NCBI GenBank assembly: GCA_964013405.1 | Contig: CAXGWI010000005.1 | Span: forward strand, 10,792-74,791 | Direction: 5' to 3' | From: an uncultured Myxococcales bacterium | GTDB taxonomy: Bacteria; Myxococcota; UBA4151 | DNA: 64,000 nucleotides | In this document: in pieces, positions 7,894-17,775 of the stretch | Layout of the letters: each line of letters starts with the position of its first letter | Numbering within the stretch: the stretch's first letter is position 1 | The notes under the pieces: model-generated | Told to the model about the DNA's origin: nothing | Databases searched by the model: none | Seen by the model: only the letters and a program-made list of their open reading frames with translations | Translations under genes and position numbers: made by a program

Positions 7894-10476
7894 ATGTCCA
7901 GCACCCTTCTTCTCCCCATGGCGGTTACGGTCATTCTGGCAACGCCAGGGGCCAAAGCGCCGGCCGGCGGCTTGGTCACCGCACCGGCCTTGTTGCCAGG
8001 AGAGCGGGTGCCTTACCCGGACCCCCCTGGCCTCGGCGGTCCCGAAGGGCGCTGTGATGCCCTCATCGACATCGACGACACGGGCCTAGTGCAACGGATC
8101 CAAATCCTGACCTGTAGTGACCCTCGTTTTGCGGCCCAGTTGCTCGACCATGGTCCCAATTATCGTTTTTCACCGGGGGCCACGGCGGAGGGACCGGTCC
8201 CGGTCCGGATCCGCTGGGAGGAGCTCTTTGTTCCCCCGGAGCCTCCCAAACCCGTGGTGAAGCCGGTCCGATTGTTGGGCCAGGTTCGGGAAGCCGGCAC
8301 GGGCGTGGTGTTGCCGGGCATTGAGGTGACCGTGGCCAAGCAGCAAGTCGAGACGGACACGAAGGGGCGCTTCTCCTTTCGGGGTACCGGCGATGGGGAG
8401 CATATCCTGCGCTTCGTGGCCGATGGTTATCACCCAAAAACCCAGGGGGTCGTCCTGGCTCCCCAGGAGCAGGTGGAGCTCAACATTTACCTACGCCCAA
8501 CCGCGGCCAACCGCTTCGTGGCGGTGGTGAAGAAGCGGAAGGAAGAGGCCTCCATCGTCCGCCGGACCCTCCATGCGGAGGAATTGGCCCGGGTGCCTGG
8601 CACGATGGGCGATCCGATCCGGGCGGTGGAGCGATTACCGGGGGTCGCCCGAGCCCCCTTCTTCGGCGGGGCCTTGATCGTTCGAGGGGGGCAAACTCAA
8701 GACACGGGTGTGCATATCGACGCCTACCAAGTCCCCCTTTTGTTCCACTTTGGTGGCGGGCCCTCGATCATTCATCCGGACCTCGTCGAGCAGATCGACT
8801 TCCTCCCCGGCGGCTTCAGCTCGGAATATGGCCGGGCCATCGCCGGCATTATCGACGTGAAGACTCGGCGGGCCGACGGCAGTCGGTTCAGTGGGAAGAT
8901 CGACATCGACTTGCTGGACTCAGGGTTGCGGGTCGAAGGCCCCGTGGATCGGGAGGGGAACTGGGCCGCTGCCCTGACCGCTCGACGCTCGTACGTCGAC
9001 CAGTTGTTGCCCATCGCCCTCGACGCCGTGGGGGCGGGCAGTGAGGTCCGGGTGCAGCCGGTCTACTGGGATTACCAGGCCCGGCTCGACTATGTGAAGA
9101 AGGGCAGCCCTCGAAAGGGCGGCCTGCGACTCTACGGTAGCGACGATGTTTTTCGCCTGGTCAGCGCCGATGAAGAGGCCGCTCGCCGGGAAGGCCGCCC
9201 CCCCGGCATCGGCATTCATACCCGCTTTCATCATCTGGTCGCCGATGTGGAGCAGCGACTGGGCCCAGGAACTCGACTGCTGGCGGACATGAAGCTCGGC
9301 ACCACCCGAACCGGGGGTGATGTGGGCGATATTCGCTGGGATTTGGGCTACACCTCCGCGGCTCTGCGGGGTCAAGTTCGTCACCGAGTCCACCCGGGCC
9401 TTGAGTTGAGAACAGGCCTGGCCTTCGAGGACCAGTACTGGACGAGCGATGCGCGCATCCCGGTCAACTCGATCCTCGAGCGGAATTTTCCAGGCAGCGA
9501 TTTGGGCGACGACTTCACGCTGACGGAGATCTCCGAGAATGGCAACGGGATCGGGCTCGATGGCTTTCTCACCCTTCATTGGAAGCCGGACCGAGAACTG
9601 GATTTCTTTCCTGGCTTGCGCATCAGTACCAGCCATTGGGGGGATCAAAGCCGAGTGGCCTTCGAGCCACGCCTGAGCCTGCAGGTGAAGTTGGATCCGG
9701 AGGGTCGACACCGGCTTAAGTTCCAGAGCGGCCACTATACTCGCATGCCCCAGCCCCAGGAGGTGTCGAACACCTTGGGCGATCCCGGCCTCGAGTTGGT
9801 GAAAGCCTGGCAATACGGGATCGGCTACGAGATCGAGGTCGACCCCTACCTCACCACCGATCTGCAGATGTATTATCGCCGCATGTGGGACGGCATCACG
9901 AACAACCGGAATTACGTCAATGGGGGCAGTGAGCCCCGCATTCACAATGAAGGCTGGGGCCGGGCCTACGGCATCGAGTTGATGGTGCGGGCGAATCCCG
10001 GACCCAAGCCCTACTATGGCTGGATCGCCTACACCCTCAACCGCAGCGAGCTCTACGATGGGGATCGGCCCGAAGATGGCTGGACCTTGTTCAACCTCGA
10101 CCAAACCCACATCCTCAACACCGTGCTGGGCTACAAGTTTGGCTATGGCTGGGTCACAGGGCTGACCATTCGACTCGTCAGCGGGACGCCGACCACCACC
10201 CTGGAAGGGGCCCGCTTCGATGTGGATACGGGGGATTATCGAGCTTTTCGTAGCGAGAAGAACGACGCCCGCAAGCCTCCCTTCTTTCAGGTCGATTGGC
10301 GTATCGAGAAACGCATCGCCCGGGCGAGGACCGCCTGGGTCTGGTATGTGGATGTGATGAACCTAACCAATCACGAGAACACCGAGTTCTACATTTATCA
10401 GTATGACTTCCGGGCCCGGACCAGCTTGCCTGGCTTGCCCTTCTTCCCTTCCCTCGGTTTGGAGTACACGTGGTGA
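7894..10476 (+). CDS. TonB-dependent receptor with N-terminal TonB-C-like and carboxypeptidase-regulatory-like domains
   Basis: Plug region VPGTMGDPIRAVERLPGV...IVRGG...PGGFSSEYG, beta-barrel-like segments, C-terminal aromatic LGLEYTW. Confidence 0.88.
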   Translation: MSSTLLLPMAVTVILATPGAKAPAGGLVTAPALLPGERVPYPDPPGLGGPEGRCDALIDIDDTGLVQRIQILTCSDPRFAAQLLDHGPNYRFSPGATAEGPVPVRIRWEELFVPPEPPKPVVKPVRLLGQVREAGTGVVLPGIEVTVAKQQVETDTKGRFSFRGTGDGEHILRFVADGYHPKTQGVVLAPQEQVELNIYLRPTAANRFVAVVKKRKEEASIVRRTLHAEELARVPGTMGDPIRAVERLPGVARAPFFGGALIVRGGQTQDTGVHIDAYQVPLLFHFGGGPSIIHPDLVEQIDFLPGGFSSEYGRAIAGIIDVKTRRADGSRFSGKIDIDLLDSGLRVEGPVDREGNWAAALTARRSYVDQLLPIALDAVGAGSEVRVQPVYWDYQARLDYVKKGSPRKGGLRLYGSDDVFRLVSADEEAARREGRPPGIGIHTRFHHLVADVEQRLGPGTRLLADMKLGTTRTGGDVGDIRWDLGYTSAALRGQVRHRVHPGLELRTGLAFEDQYWTSDARIPVNSILERNFPGSDLGDDFTLTEISENGNGIGLDGFLTLHWKPDRELDFFPGLRISTSHWGDQSRVAFEPRLSLQVKLDPEGRHRLKFQSGHYTRMPQPQEVSNTLGDPGLELVKAWQYGIGYEIEVDPYLTTDLQMYYRRMWDGITNNRNYVNGGSEPRIHNEGWGRAYGIELMVRANPGPKPYYGWIAYTLNRSELYDGDRPEDGWTLFNLDQTHILNTVLGYKFGYGWVTGLTIRLVSGTPTTTLEGARFDVDTGDYRAFRSEKNDARKPPFFQVDWRIEKRIARARTAWVWYVDVMNLTNHENTEFYIYQYDFRARTSLPGLPFFPSLGLEYTW

Positions 10477-11456
10477 GAATCGGGATCCTGCTCATCGCCG
10501 CGACGGCCACGGCTTGCCTGGGGGAATTGGAGTCCTCCCAAAGGGTGAGTCGAACCCGGATTTTAGCCATTCAGGCCGAGCCACCCACGATGATGCTGGG
10601 GGCGACGACCCGGTTGCGGGCCCTGGTGGCGACGCCGCCGGGGGAGGAGGTCGCGGAAACGGCCCTCCGGTGGCTCGACTGTGGTGGCGAAACCCGGCCC
10701 GATGAAAGCCGAGATCTGTGCCAGGAGAACCCGGAGCGCAGCTTGGGAACCGGCTTTGAGGTGGACTACCAGCTCCCCGAAAACCTGGACCCCAGCCTGG
10801 TGGCTGAACAGTCCTTTACCGGCGGCTACTGGCAACGGGTGAGTTTGCAGGTCGCCGGGGCCGGGGAGAACTTTGACCGGGCTTTTAAACGGGTGGTGGT
10901 CCAGCTCCCCGCCCCGGGCCCGGTCCCGCCGGCCGAAGCCCCCAACCAGAACCCGAACATGGTGGAGCCCGTCGTCGAGATCCTCAAAAAGAACAGCGAT
11001 GAAGTGGAGGCGGTTCTGGGGCCCGACGAAGCCCTGAAGCCGGATCTGCGCTACCGGTTCAGTTTCGACTTTCCCCTCGAAGACCACGAAGCCTTCATTC
11101 GGCGCTACGTGGATTTATCCGGCCTCGATTTGGCCAAGGTTGATGACCTCTCTGAGGAGGATTGGCTCCAACGACTCCGGCAGGAGGAGACCTTTGAGAG
11201 CCTACGCATGCGGGCTTACAGTACCGATGGTCGCATCGGCGAGACCCAGTTAGGGACCACCAAAAACGAGGGCGTTGAGCCCGGTGAGCGGAGCTACTAC
11301 CCCTTTCATTGGCAATTCAGCATTCCCCTGACCGAGGGCTTTGAAGAGACGCCTCGAGCCGAGCCTTTGCCCGCGGAGATCCGGCTTTGGTTCATCGTCT
11401 ATGATGGCCGCGGTGGCATCGACTGGTTGGCTTGGAGTCGAGCCCTCGAGCCTTAG
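10470..11456 (+). CDS. Putative lipoprotein partner of the TonB-dependent receptor
   Basis: Lipobox TATAC, RILAIQAEPP and C-terminal WFIVYDGRGG, a pattern I recognise in lipoproteins downstream of myxobacterial TBDRs. Overlaps the receptor stop. Confidence 0.65.
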   Translation: MVRIGILLIAATATACLGELESSQRVSRTRILAIQAEPPTMMLGATTRLRALVATPPGEEVAETALRWLDCGGETRPDESRDLCQENPERSLGTGFEVDYQLPENLDPSLVAEQSFTGGYWQRVSLQVAGAGENFDRAFKRVVVQLPAPGPVPPAEAPNQNPNMVEPVVEILKKNSDEVEAVLGPDEALKPDLRYRFSFDFPLEDHEAFIRRYVDLSGLDLAKVDDLSEEDWLQRLRQEETFESLRMRAYSTDGRIGETQLGTTKNEGVEPGERSYYPFHWQFSIPLTEGFEETPRAEPLPAEIRLWFIVYDGRGGIDWLAWSRALEP

Positions 11457-12095
11457 TTAGCTGCGCTTTCGGATCAGATTGAGACCGTCCCGGACGCTCA
11501 GGATGACCTGTTCCACCCGGTCATCGGCCGCCACCTTTTCATTGAAGGCAGCGAGGGCATGGTCGCTGGGTGCCTGGGGGTTCAGTACATTGCCCGACCA
11601 GAGCACGTTGTCGGCCACCATGACGCCGCCAGGTCTGAGTTTGGGCAGCAGAAGATCGAAGTAGTTGGCGTAGTTTGCTTTGTCCGCGTCGATGAACACG
11701 AAATCGATGGGCTCGCTGAGATCGGCGAGGGTTTCGAGAGCCGGCCCTAGCCGCAATTCGATCTGCTGATCCTGACCCATCTTTTGCCAGGCCTCTTGGC
11801 CTAAGGCCGTGCACTCGGCGTCCACATCGCAGGTGATCAGTTTGCCGGACTCGGTGAGCCCCTCGGCGATCCAGCTGCTGGCGTAGCCCGTAAAGGTGCC
11901 CACCTCCACGGCGAGGCGTCCACCGCTCAATGCGGTCAGGGTTTTGAGGGTCTGGCCCACCAAGGGACCACTGAGCATCTGGGGCACCTGCATGCGGGCA
12001 TAGGTCGCTTCCCGCAGCCAAGTTCGGACGGGATGATCGGCCACCGAATGGCTGCGAGCATAATCTTCGATCGCATCGGGAACGAGGGTGAGCAT
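11457..12095 (-). CDS. SAM-dependent O-methyltransferase (caffeoyl-CoA/COMT-like, Methyltransf_3)
   Basis: VEVGTFTGY, DFVFIDADKANY and ADNVLWSG motifs. AAGGAG SD. Confidence 0.93.
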   Translation of the reverse strand: MLTLVPDAIEDYARSHSVADHPVRTWLREATYARMQVPQMLSGPLVGQTLKTLTALSGGRLAVEVGTFTGYASSWIAEGLTESGKLITCDVDAECTALGQEAWQKMGQDQQIELRLGPALETLADLSEPIDFVFIDADKANYANYFDLLLPKLRPGGVMVADNVLWSGNVLNPQAPSDHALAAFNEKVAADDRVEQVILSVRDGLNLIRKRS

Positions 12096-12205
12096 GGTAT
12101 GGACTCCTTCAAAAGGGCGTCAGCCTATAGGCCGAGCAAGGCGACTTGAAAACCGCGACCAGCCGGCGCTCGGCAGCTTGGTTTATTGACAGATGTCGCC
12201 GCGGA

Positions 12206-13102
12206 TCACTCCTCGCAGGTCTGTCCCGATGGCTCACAGGTGACCCAGTCAACGCAGGCCCAGCAGCCATCACGAATAACGCTGACGGTGCCATGTTCGC
12301 AGACTGGGCGGGTGCAACGACAGGTCAGTCGGTCCTCGGTGGCACAACCATGGGGCGTGCAGGCCTGAACGCAGTCCTCGCAGCCATCACAGCTGGGGTG
12401 GGCGCAGTGATTACAGCTGTGGCTTGCCGGACAGTCTGCGTCATTCTCGCAGGCGCCCTCGCCCCGGGGCATGCAGGTCTCGATGCGCACGCACTCCCAG
12501 CACCCCCCTTGGACCGCTGGGATGTCTGCACCACAATCCGGCATTCCAATTTCACACATGAGTTCCCCGCCGTCATCGCAGGATTCATCACGCCCGGGAC
12601 CGCCTTCGGGCACGCAGGTTTCTTCGTCGACGCAAAGCCAGCAACCGTCGATAATCGCCGGGATGTAACCCATATCGCAAACGGGCTCGGCCATGCGGCA
12701 GGTGAGTTCACTGCCATCATCACAGAAGGTCACCCGTCCCGCACCGGCCGGGCGGCACGTGCGGCTATCCACACAGACCCAACAACTGTCTTGAATCGCT
12801 AACATCTCGCCGGCGCCACAGGGGGGCTCCTGGGCCGGACAGGTTCGCCGCGTGCCATCATCGCAGCGTTCATCCCGGGCCGGAGCACCGGCGTCGGGGG
12901 GTGCGGAACCCGCGTCGGCGGCCGGCGCTTGGCCCGTGTCAGTTCCTGCGCCGCTATCTTCAACGGGCTCGGGGCCGCTGTCGGTCACGGTGTTCCCCGA
13001 GTCCGCGGCTGCCGCCGGTCCGGCGTCGGCCTCCACATTGTCCTCCGCTGGACATGCGGCGATCAGGCTCAAGGTGAGGCAAGTGGCGATCGTATATCTC
13101 AT
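12206..13102 (-). CDS. Cys-rich repeat lipoprotein
   Basis: Start at MRYTIATCL (GGGAG SD), lipobox LIAAC, acidic DAG/DSG linker, four 6-Cys repeats containing CWxCV. Confidence 0.75.
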   Translation of the reverse strand: MRYTIATCLTLSLIAACPAEDNVEADAGPAAAADSGNTVTDSGPEPVEDSGAGTDTGQAPAADAGSAPPDAGAPARDERCDDGTRRTCPAQEPPCGAGEMLAIQDSCWVCVDSRTCRPAGAGRVTFCDDGSELTCRMAEPVCDMGYIPAIIDGCWLCVDEETCVPEGGPGRDESCDDGGELMCEIGMPDCGADIPAVQGGCWECVRIETCMPRGEGACENDADCPASHSCNHCAHPSCDGCEDCVQACTPHGCATEDRLTCRCTRPVCEHGTVSVIRDGCWACVDWVTCEPSGQTCEE

Positions 13103-13210
13103 GACGAGCTCCCTAGGCAGCCTGCCAGCTTGCCCGCCCAAAGGGCAAGGTGGGACAATTGCGGCTGTCGCAGGCCTCGGCTATGACTCTCGCGCCTTCT
13201 AGGAGGATTC

Positions 13211-14371
13211 TTGCGTTACCCTGCCCTGCTTCTCTCGCTCTTTGTGCTCGCTTGTGCACCCGATGACAGCAATCTACCCGGCGAATTGGGGGGGGAGCCA
13301 GAGCCGCCCCCGCCCTACGACCCGATGCCTGCGTGGGCGGATTTGGAAGCCGAGGCTTGGACCGAGATCAACCCCGGTTGGAACACCCTCTGCTCTCGAG
13401 GTCAGCCTTGGGGCTTCTTCGTGCGTCCCGGGGACCCGAAGAAGGTGGTGGTTGAGTTTCAAGGCGGTGGCGCCTGTTGGAACTTTGGCACCTGTTCCGT
13501 CGCCGACGCCATCTTTAAGGACAACATCGATGATGTTCGCCAGGCCGTGATGGCGGGCACCTTTAGTGGGATCTATGACCAAAATAATGACGACAATCCG
13601 ATCAAGGGGTGGACCCACGTGTTTGTGCCCTACTGTACCGGTGACATCCACTGGGGCGAGTCGGAGATGCTCTACGAACAAGAGGGTGTAGAGTCTTTCA
13701 ATCTGCACCACAAAGGGGCCAACAACAGCCGGGCGATGATGTACTGGCTGAGCCAGCAAGGGATCGTGGCGCCCGAAAAGATCTTTGTGACCGGCTGTAG
13801 CGCTGGGTCCTACGGCAGTGTGGGCTGGGCACCTTATTTGATGCAGCAGTACCCGGCAGCGAAGGTTGTTCAGATGGGGGACTGTGGAGCCGGTGTGATC
13901 ACCGACAGCTTCCTCAGCGACTCCTTTCCGGTTTGGGAAGCCCGCAAAATGCTACCCGAATGGATTCCTGCCTTACACCCGGACACGGTCGACCTTTCAA
14001 ACATGGCCCTCTACGACCTCTATCGGGAGATCGGCAATCACCACAGTGATCAGCGAGTCAGTCAATACAACACGATCTATGACAGCACGCAGGTGACTTA
14101 CTTCCGCTACATGGGCGCGGGCGGTGATGGTGACCCCAGGGAGAACTGGCGTGCCGGCATGCTCGATTCCATGAAGCGAATCGCCGACAGCACCGAGAAC
14201 TTCCGCTACTTCATCGCCGAGGGGGAAGATCACTGCATCCTCCACCGCGACAGTTTTTATACGGTCAGCGAAGACGGCACGAGCTTGGTGGATTGGATCA
14301 ACAGCATGCTCGACGATGACACCGTCGAGAACCCGAGCTGTGAGAACTGCGAACCTGCGCTCCTTGAATAG
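13211..14371 (+). CDS. Pectinacetylesterase/Notum-family hydrolase, lipoprotein
   Basis: FQGGGACW, FVPYCTGDIHWG, TGCSAGSYG nucleophile elbow, GEDHCIL. Lipobox VLAC. AGGAGG SD before TTG. Confidence 0.88.
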   Translation: MRYPALLLSLFVLACAPDDSNLPGELGGEPEPPPPYDPMPAWADLEAEAWTEINPGWNTLCSRGQPWGFFVRPGDPKKVVVEFQGGGACWNFGTCSVADAIFKDNIDDVRQAVMAGTFSGIYDQNNDDNPIKGWTHVFVPYCTGDIHWGESEMLYEQEGVESFNLHHKGANNSRAMMYWLSQQGIVAPEKIFVTGCSAGSYGSVGWAPYLMQQYPAAKVVQMGDCGAGVITDSFLSDSFPVWEARKMLPEWIPALHPDTVDLSNMALYDLYREIGNHHSDQRVSQYNTIYDSTQVTYFRYMGAGGDGDPRENWRAGMLDSMKRIADSTENFRYFIAEGEDHCILHRDSFYTVSEDGTSLVDWINSMLDDDTVENPSCENCEPALLE

Positions 14372-14381
14372 CACAGTGGTT

Positions 14382-14433
14382 TCAGGGAAAGGCTGGAGGG
14401 CTTCTTTTCCTGAGGACCGAAAGAGACTCGGTC
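14382..14433. terminator. Two hairpins between convergent genes, possible terminators
   Basis: TCAGGGAAAG...CTTTTCCTGA (14382-14413) and GACCGA...TCGGTC (14415-14433). No clear U-tract. Confidence 0.35.
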
Positions 14434-14437
14434 GAGC

Positions 14438-17400
14438 CTAGTCGACGACGAGTCCGAGGGTGTAGTTGTAGTCGCCCACCGACCCTTGGCTCACCAGCGC
14501 ATCGGCTTGAGGCGCAAGGCCGGTCTCGATCTCGTTGGCGAGGGTCTCTCCCGCAATCGATGCTGCGAACTGTTTGGCTGCTCTCAACAAAGGTTCGTCC
14601 CCCTGCAGGGTCAAGCGAATGCGGGCCACATAGTCGAGGTTTTGGTCTTTGCGCAGCGTCTGAATTCGGTTGATCAACTCCCGGGCATAGCCCTCGGTGA
14701 TCAGGTCGTCGGTGAGCTCGGTGTCGAGGAGAACGGTGCCGACCGGACCGCCGGCCACGGCGAAGTTGCCTTCTGCCGTCACACTGACCGTGACGTGTTC
14801 CTGGGTCAGCCCAAAGCGCTCCCCATCATCGAGGGTGATCTCGTAGGCGCCGTCGCTGGCAAGCTGGGCCCGCACCTGGCCTGCATCGGCTGCGTCTAGG
14901 GCTTTGCGTACCAGCGGCATCCGCTTGCCAAAGATCGGTCCGAGGGCCCGGTAGTTGGGCTTCACCTCAAATTGGACTCGGTCTCCTGCGTCCTGGCTAA
15001 AGCGCAGCTCCTTCACGTTGACCTCATTGAGGATGAGCCCCTCGTAGGGCTGCATCCGGGCGGCCAAACCGGTGGAGGCGGGAATGACTTCAGCGAGGGC
15101 GAGGGGCTGGCGAATCTTGAGCTTATGGTGGGTTCGGGTGCTGAGGGCGAGACTGCAGATCTCCCGGACAGCGGCCATGTCTTCGCTTAAGGGGCGGTCG
15201 ATGAGCTCGGTCTGCACTTCGGGCCAATCGCAAAGGTGGACGCTCTGCTCGGCCCCATCGATCTGCCCGACCATCAGGTTCTGGTGCAGCTCTTCGGCCA
15301 GAAAAGGCACGAAGGGCGCAATGAGCCGACTCATGGTCACCAGGACCTCGTGAAGGCTGTGGTAAGCGTCCCACTTGTCCTGGTTCTTCTCACCACTCCA
15401 GAAGCGCTCCCGGCTGCGCCGCAACCACCAATTGCTCAAGGCATCGGTGAGGTGGATGATCGCTGCCGCCGCCTCGTGAATGGCGTAGGCGTCCATCTTC
15501 GCCGTCACCGTCTCCACGGTGAGTTGAAGTTCGGAGAGAATCCAGCGGTCGAGAAGGCAGCGCTCGGTGCCCGGGCGCTGAGGCGAGGTGGCGGGCTCGA
15601 AGCCGTCGATGTTGCCGTAGATGACGAAGAAGGCGTAGACGTTGTGGAGTTTTAGCAAGAACTCCTGCTGGGACTGACGGACCGCCTCTGGGCTGTAGCG
15701 GGTGTTGTTCCAGGGCGCGTTCGCCGCATAAAAGTACCAGCGCATCGCATCGGCACCGCTGCTGTCGAGGATGGCATCCGGAGGCGTGTAGTTGCCCTTC
15801 GATTTGGATTCCTTCTTCCCCTTCTTGTCGCAGACATGACCCAGGACGATGCAGTTCTTGTAAGGGTGCGCACCCTCCTTGTCTTCGAACAACAAGGTGC
15901 TCACCATCAACAAGGAGTAGAACCAGCCTCGGGTTTGGTCGATGGCTTCCGAGATGAAATCGGCGGGCCAGTTTTGCTCGAAAGCCTCGGTCCCTTGGTG
16001 GGGGTAGCCCCATTGGGCGAAGGGCATGCAGCCGGAATCAAACCAGCAATCGATGACCTCAGGCACCCGATGCATGGTGCCACCACAGGATTCGCAGGGG
16101 ACCTCCACCTCGTCGATCCATGGTTTGTGGACGATGAGGTGCTCGCTTAGACTCGGATCTTCTTTCTGAGCCGCTTCGAAATGAGCAAAGGCCTTGGGGT
16201 TGAGGGCACGGATTTCATCACAGCTGGAAAAGGCGCTGCGATCTTCACAAGTGGAGCATTCCCAGATGGGGAGTGGGGTGCCCCAGAAGCGCTCTCGGCT
16301 CAAAGCCCAGTCGACATTGTTGTCTAGGAAGTCGCCAAAGCGACCGTCTTTGATGTGGCCGGGAACCCAGTTGATGGCTTGATTGCTGGCCTTGGCCCGC
16401 TCGATCACCTCGGTGGTGCGGATGAACCAGGCCGGGCGGGCGTATTGGATGAGGGGGTCGTCGTCGGCCCGCCAGCAAAAGGGGTAGTCGTGCCGATAGG
16501 TTTTCTCTTCAAACAACAGACCACGGTGTTGCAGAGCCCGGATGATGGTCCGGTCCGCATCCTTGCAAAACAGCCCTTCCAGCTCACCCGTACCTGGCAA
16601 AAACTTACCGTCGGGGCCGATGAGCTGGAGGAGGCCCACGCCGTGTTTCATCGCCGCCCGGTTGTCATCTTCACCAAAGGCGGGGGCGGTGTGGACGATG
16701 CCCGTACCGGCGCTGGTGGTGACGAAGTCCGCATCGATGACCAAGTGATGATCACCGCCTTCGGGAACAGCGAAGTCGAAGAGGGGCTGGTAGCGTTGAC
16801 CCAGCAGCTCCTCGCCGGACACGGTTTTGAGCACTTCGTAGCTGTCTTGACCCAGGACTTTATCCAGGAGGTCCTCGGCGAGAATCAGGACCTCGTCGTC
16901 CCGGCGAGCATAGGCGTAGCGGAGGTTTTTGCGCACGGTGAGGGCGCAGTTGCTGGGCAGCGTCCAGGGGGTGGTCGTCCAGGCGAGGAAGAAGGTCTTG
17001 TCCTCCCCTTCGAGGGGAAAACGAACGGTGATGCTGGGGTCGTCTATGGGCCGGTAGCCCAGGCCAACTTCGGCGCTCGAGAGGGCGGTGCCACCTTGGG
17101 GCCACCACCAAACCACCTTTTTGCCCTGATAGAGCAGACCCCGGTCGAAGAGGGTCTTTAGGGCCCACCACACGCTCTCCACATAGGATTTGTGGTAGGT
17201 CACGTAGGCTTCTTCGAGGTTGACCCAAAAACCGATGCGCTCGGTGAGCTCCTGCCAGACGTCGGTGTAGGTAAAGACCGAGTCGATACAGCGGCGGGTG
17301 AAGGCCTCCAGACCGTAGTCAAGGATGGCTTCTTTGCCGTGAATTCCGAGGGATTTTTCCACCTCCACCTCGACGGGTAATCCGTGGGTGTCCCAGCCGG

Positions 17401-17647
17401 CTTTGCGGTTCACAAGATAGCCCCGCATGGTTTTGTAACGGGGCAGGAGGTCTTTGATGACCCGGGTGAGGACGTGCCCGTTGTGCGGGGTGCCATTGGC
17501 CGTCGGTGGGCCTTCGAAGAAGATATAGGGCTTGGCCCCTTGCCGGGCCGTTAGGCTCTTTTCGAAGATGCCGGCTTCTTTCCAGAATTTCAGGATCCGA
17601 GCTTCGAGTCCTGGGAAATCCTTCGTCTGCTCCACGGCCTTGAACAT
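14438..17647 (-). CDS. ileS: Isoleucine--tRNA ligase, type 2 (IleRS2)
   Basis: FFEGPPTANG, GWDTHGLPVE, AWTTTPWTLP editing motif, GTGIVHTAP, WALSRERFWGTP, DQTRGWFY, and C-terminal EGYARELINRIQTLRK typical of type 2. Start MFKAV with GAGGAG SD. Confidence 0.96.
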   Translation of the reverse strand: MFKAVEQTKDFPGLEARILKFWKEAGIFEKSLTARQGAKPYIFFEGPPTANGTPHNGHVLTRVIKDLLPRYKTMRGYLVNRKAGWDTHGLPVEVEVEKSLGIHGKEAILDYGLEAFTRRCIDSVFTYTDVWQELTERIGFWVNLEEAYVTYHKSYVESVWWALKTLFDRGLLYQGKKVVWWWPQGGTALSSAEVGLGYRPIDDPSITVRFPLEGEDKTFFLAWTTTPWTLPSNCALTVRKNLRYAYARRDDEVLILAEDLLDKVLGQDSYEVLKTVSGEELLGQRYQPLFDFAVPEGGDHHLVIDADFVTTSAGTGIVHTAPAFGEDDNRAAMKHGVGLLQLIGPDGKFLPGTGELEGLFCKDADRTIIRALQHRGLLFEEKTYRHDYPFCWRADDDPLIQYARPAWFIRTTEVIERAKASNQAINWVPGHIKDGRFGDFLDNNVDWALSRERFWGTPLPIWECSTCEDRSAFSSCDEIRALNPKAFAHFEAAQKEDPSLSEHLIVHKPWIDEVEVPCESCGGTMHRVPEVIDCWFDSGCMPFAQWGYPHQGTEAFEQNWPADFISEAIDQTRGWFYSLLMVSTLLFEDKEGAHPYKNCIVLGHVCDKKGKKESKSKGNYTPPDAILDSSGADAMRWYFYAANAPWNNTRYSPEAVRQSQQEFLLKLHNVYAFFVIYGNIDGFEPATSPQRPGTERCLLDRWILSELQLTVETVTAKMDAYAIHEAAAAIIHLTDALSNWWLRRSRERFWSGEKNQDKWDAYHSLHEVLVTMSRLIAPFVPFLAEELHQNLMVGQIDGAEQSVHLCDWPEVQTELIDRPLSEDMAAVREICSLALSTRTHHKLKIRQPLALAEVIPASTGLAARMQPYEGLILNEVNVKELRFSQDAGDRVQFEVKPNYRALGPIFGKRMPLVRKALDAADAGQVRAQLASDGAYEITLDDGERFGLTQEHVTVSVTAEGNFAVAGGPVGTVLLDTELTDDLITEGYARELINRIQTLRKDQNLDYVARIRLTLQGDEPLLRAAKQFAASIAGETLANEIETGLAPQADALVSQGSVGDYNYTLGLVVD

Positions 17648-17775
17648 GGCGACTCGCTCCTCGGGGCCCGCTTTCTTTGCGCTGGCCAAAAGAAAGAATC
17701 AACGGCTGTTCCCAGTGAATGCCAGGGCCTTCTCCCGGTCTAAGATTCTCGATACAAGGATCTTAGGAGCACGGA

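Noticed and set aside
8920..10110. Long antisense ORFs (also 3051-3842, 5436-6383, 26074-27225, 31032-32330, 50735-51658)
   Set aside because: They lie opposite well-supported genes, have no motifs, and are expected from codon bias in high-GC DNA.
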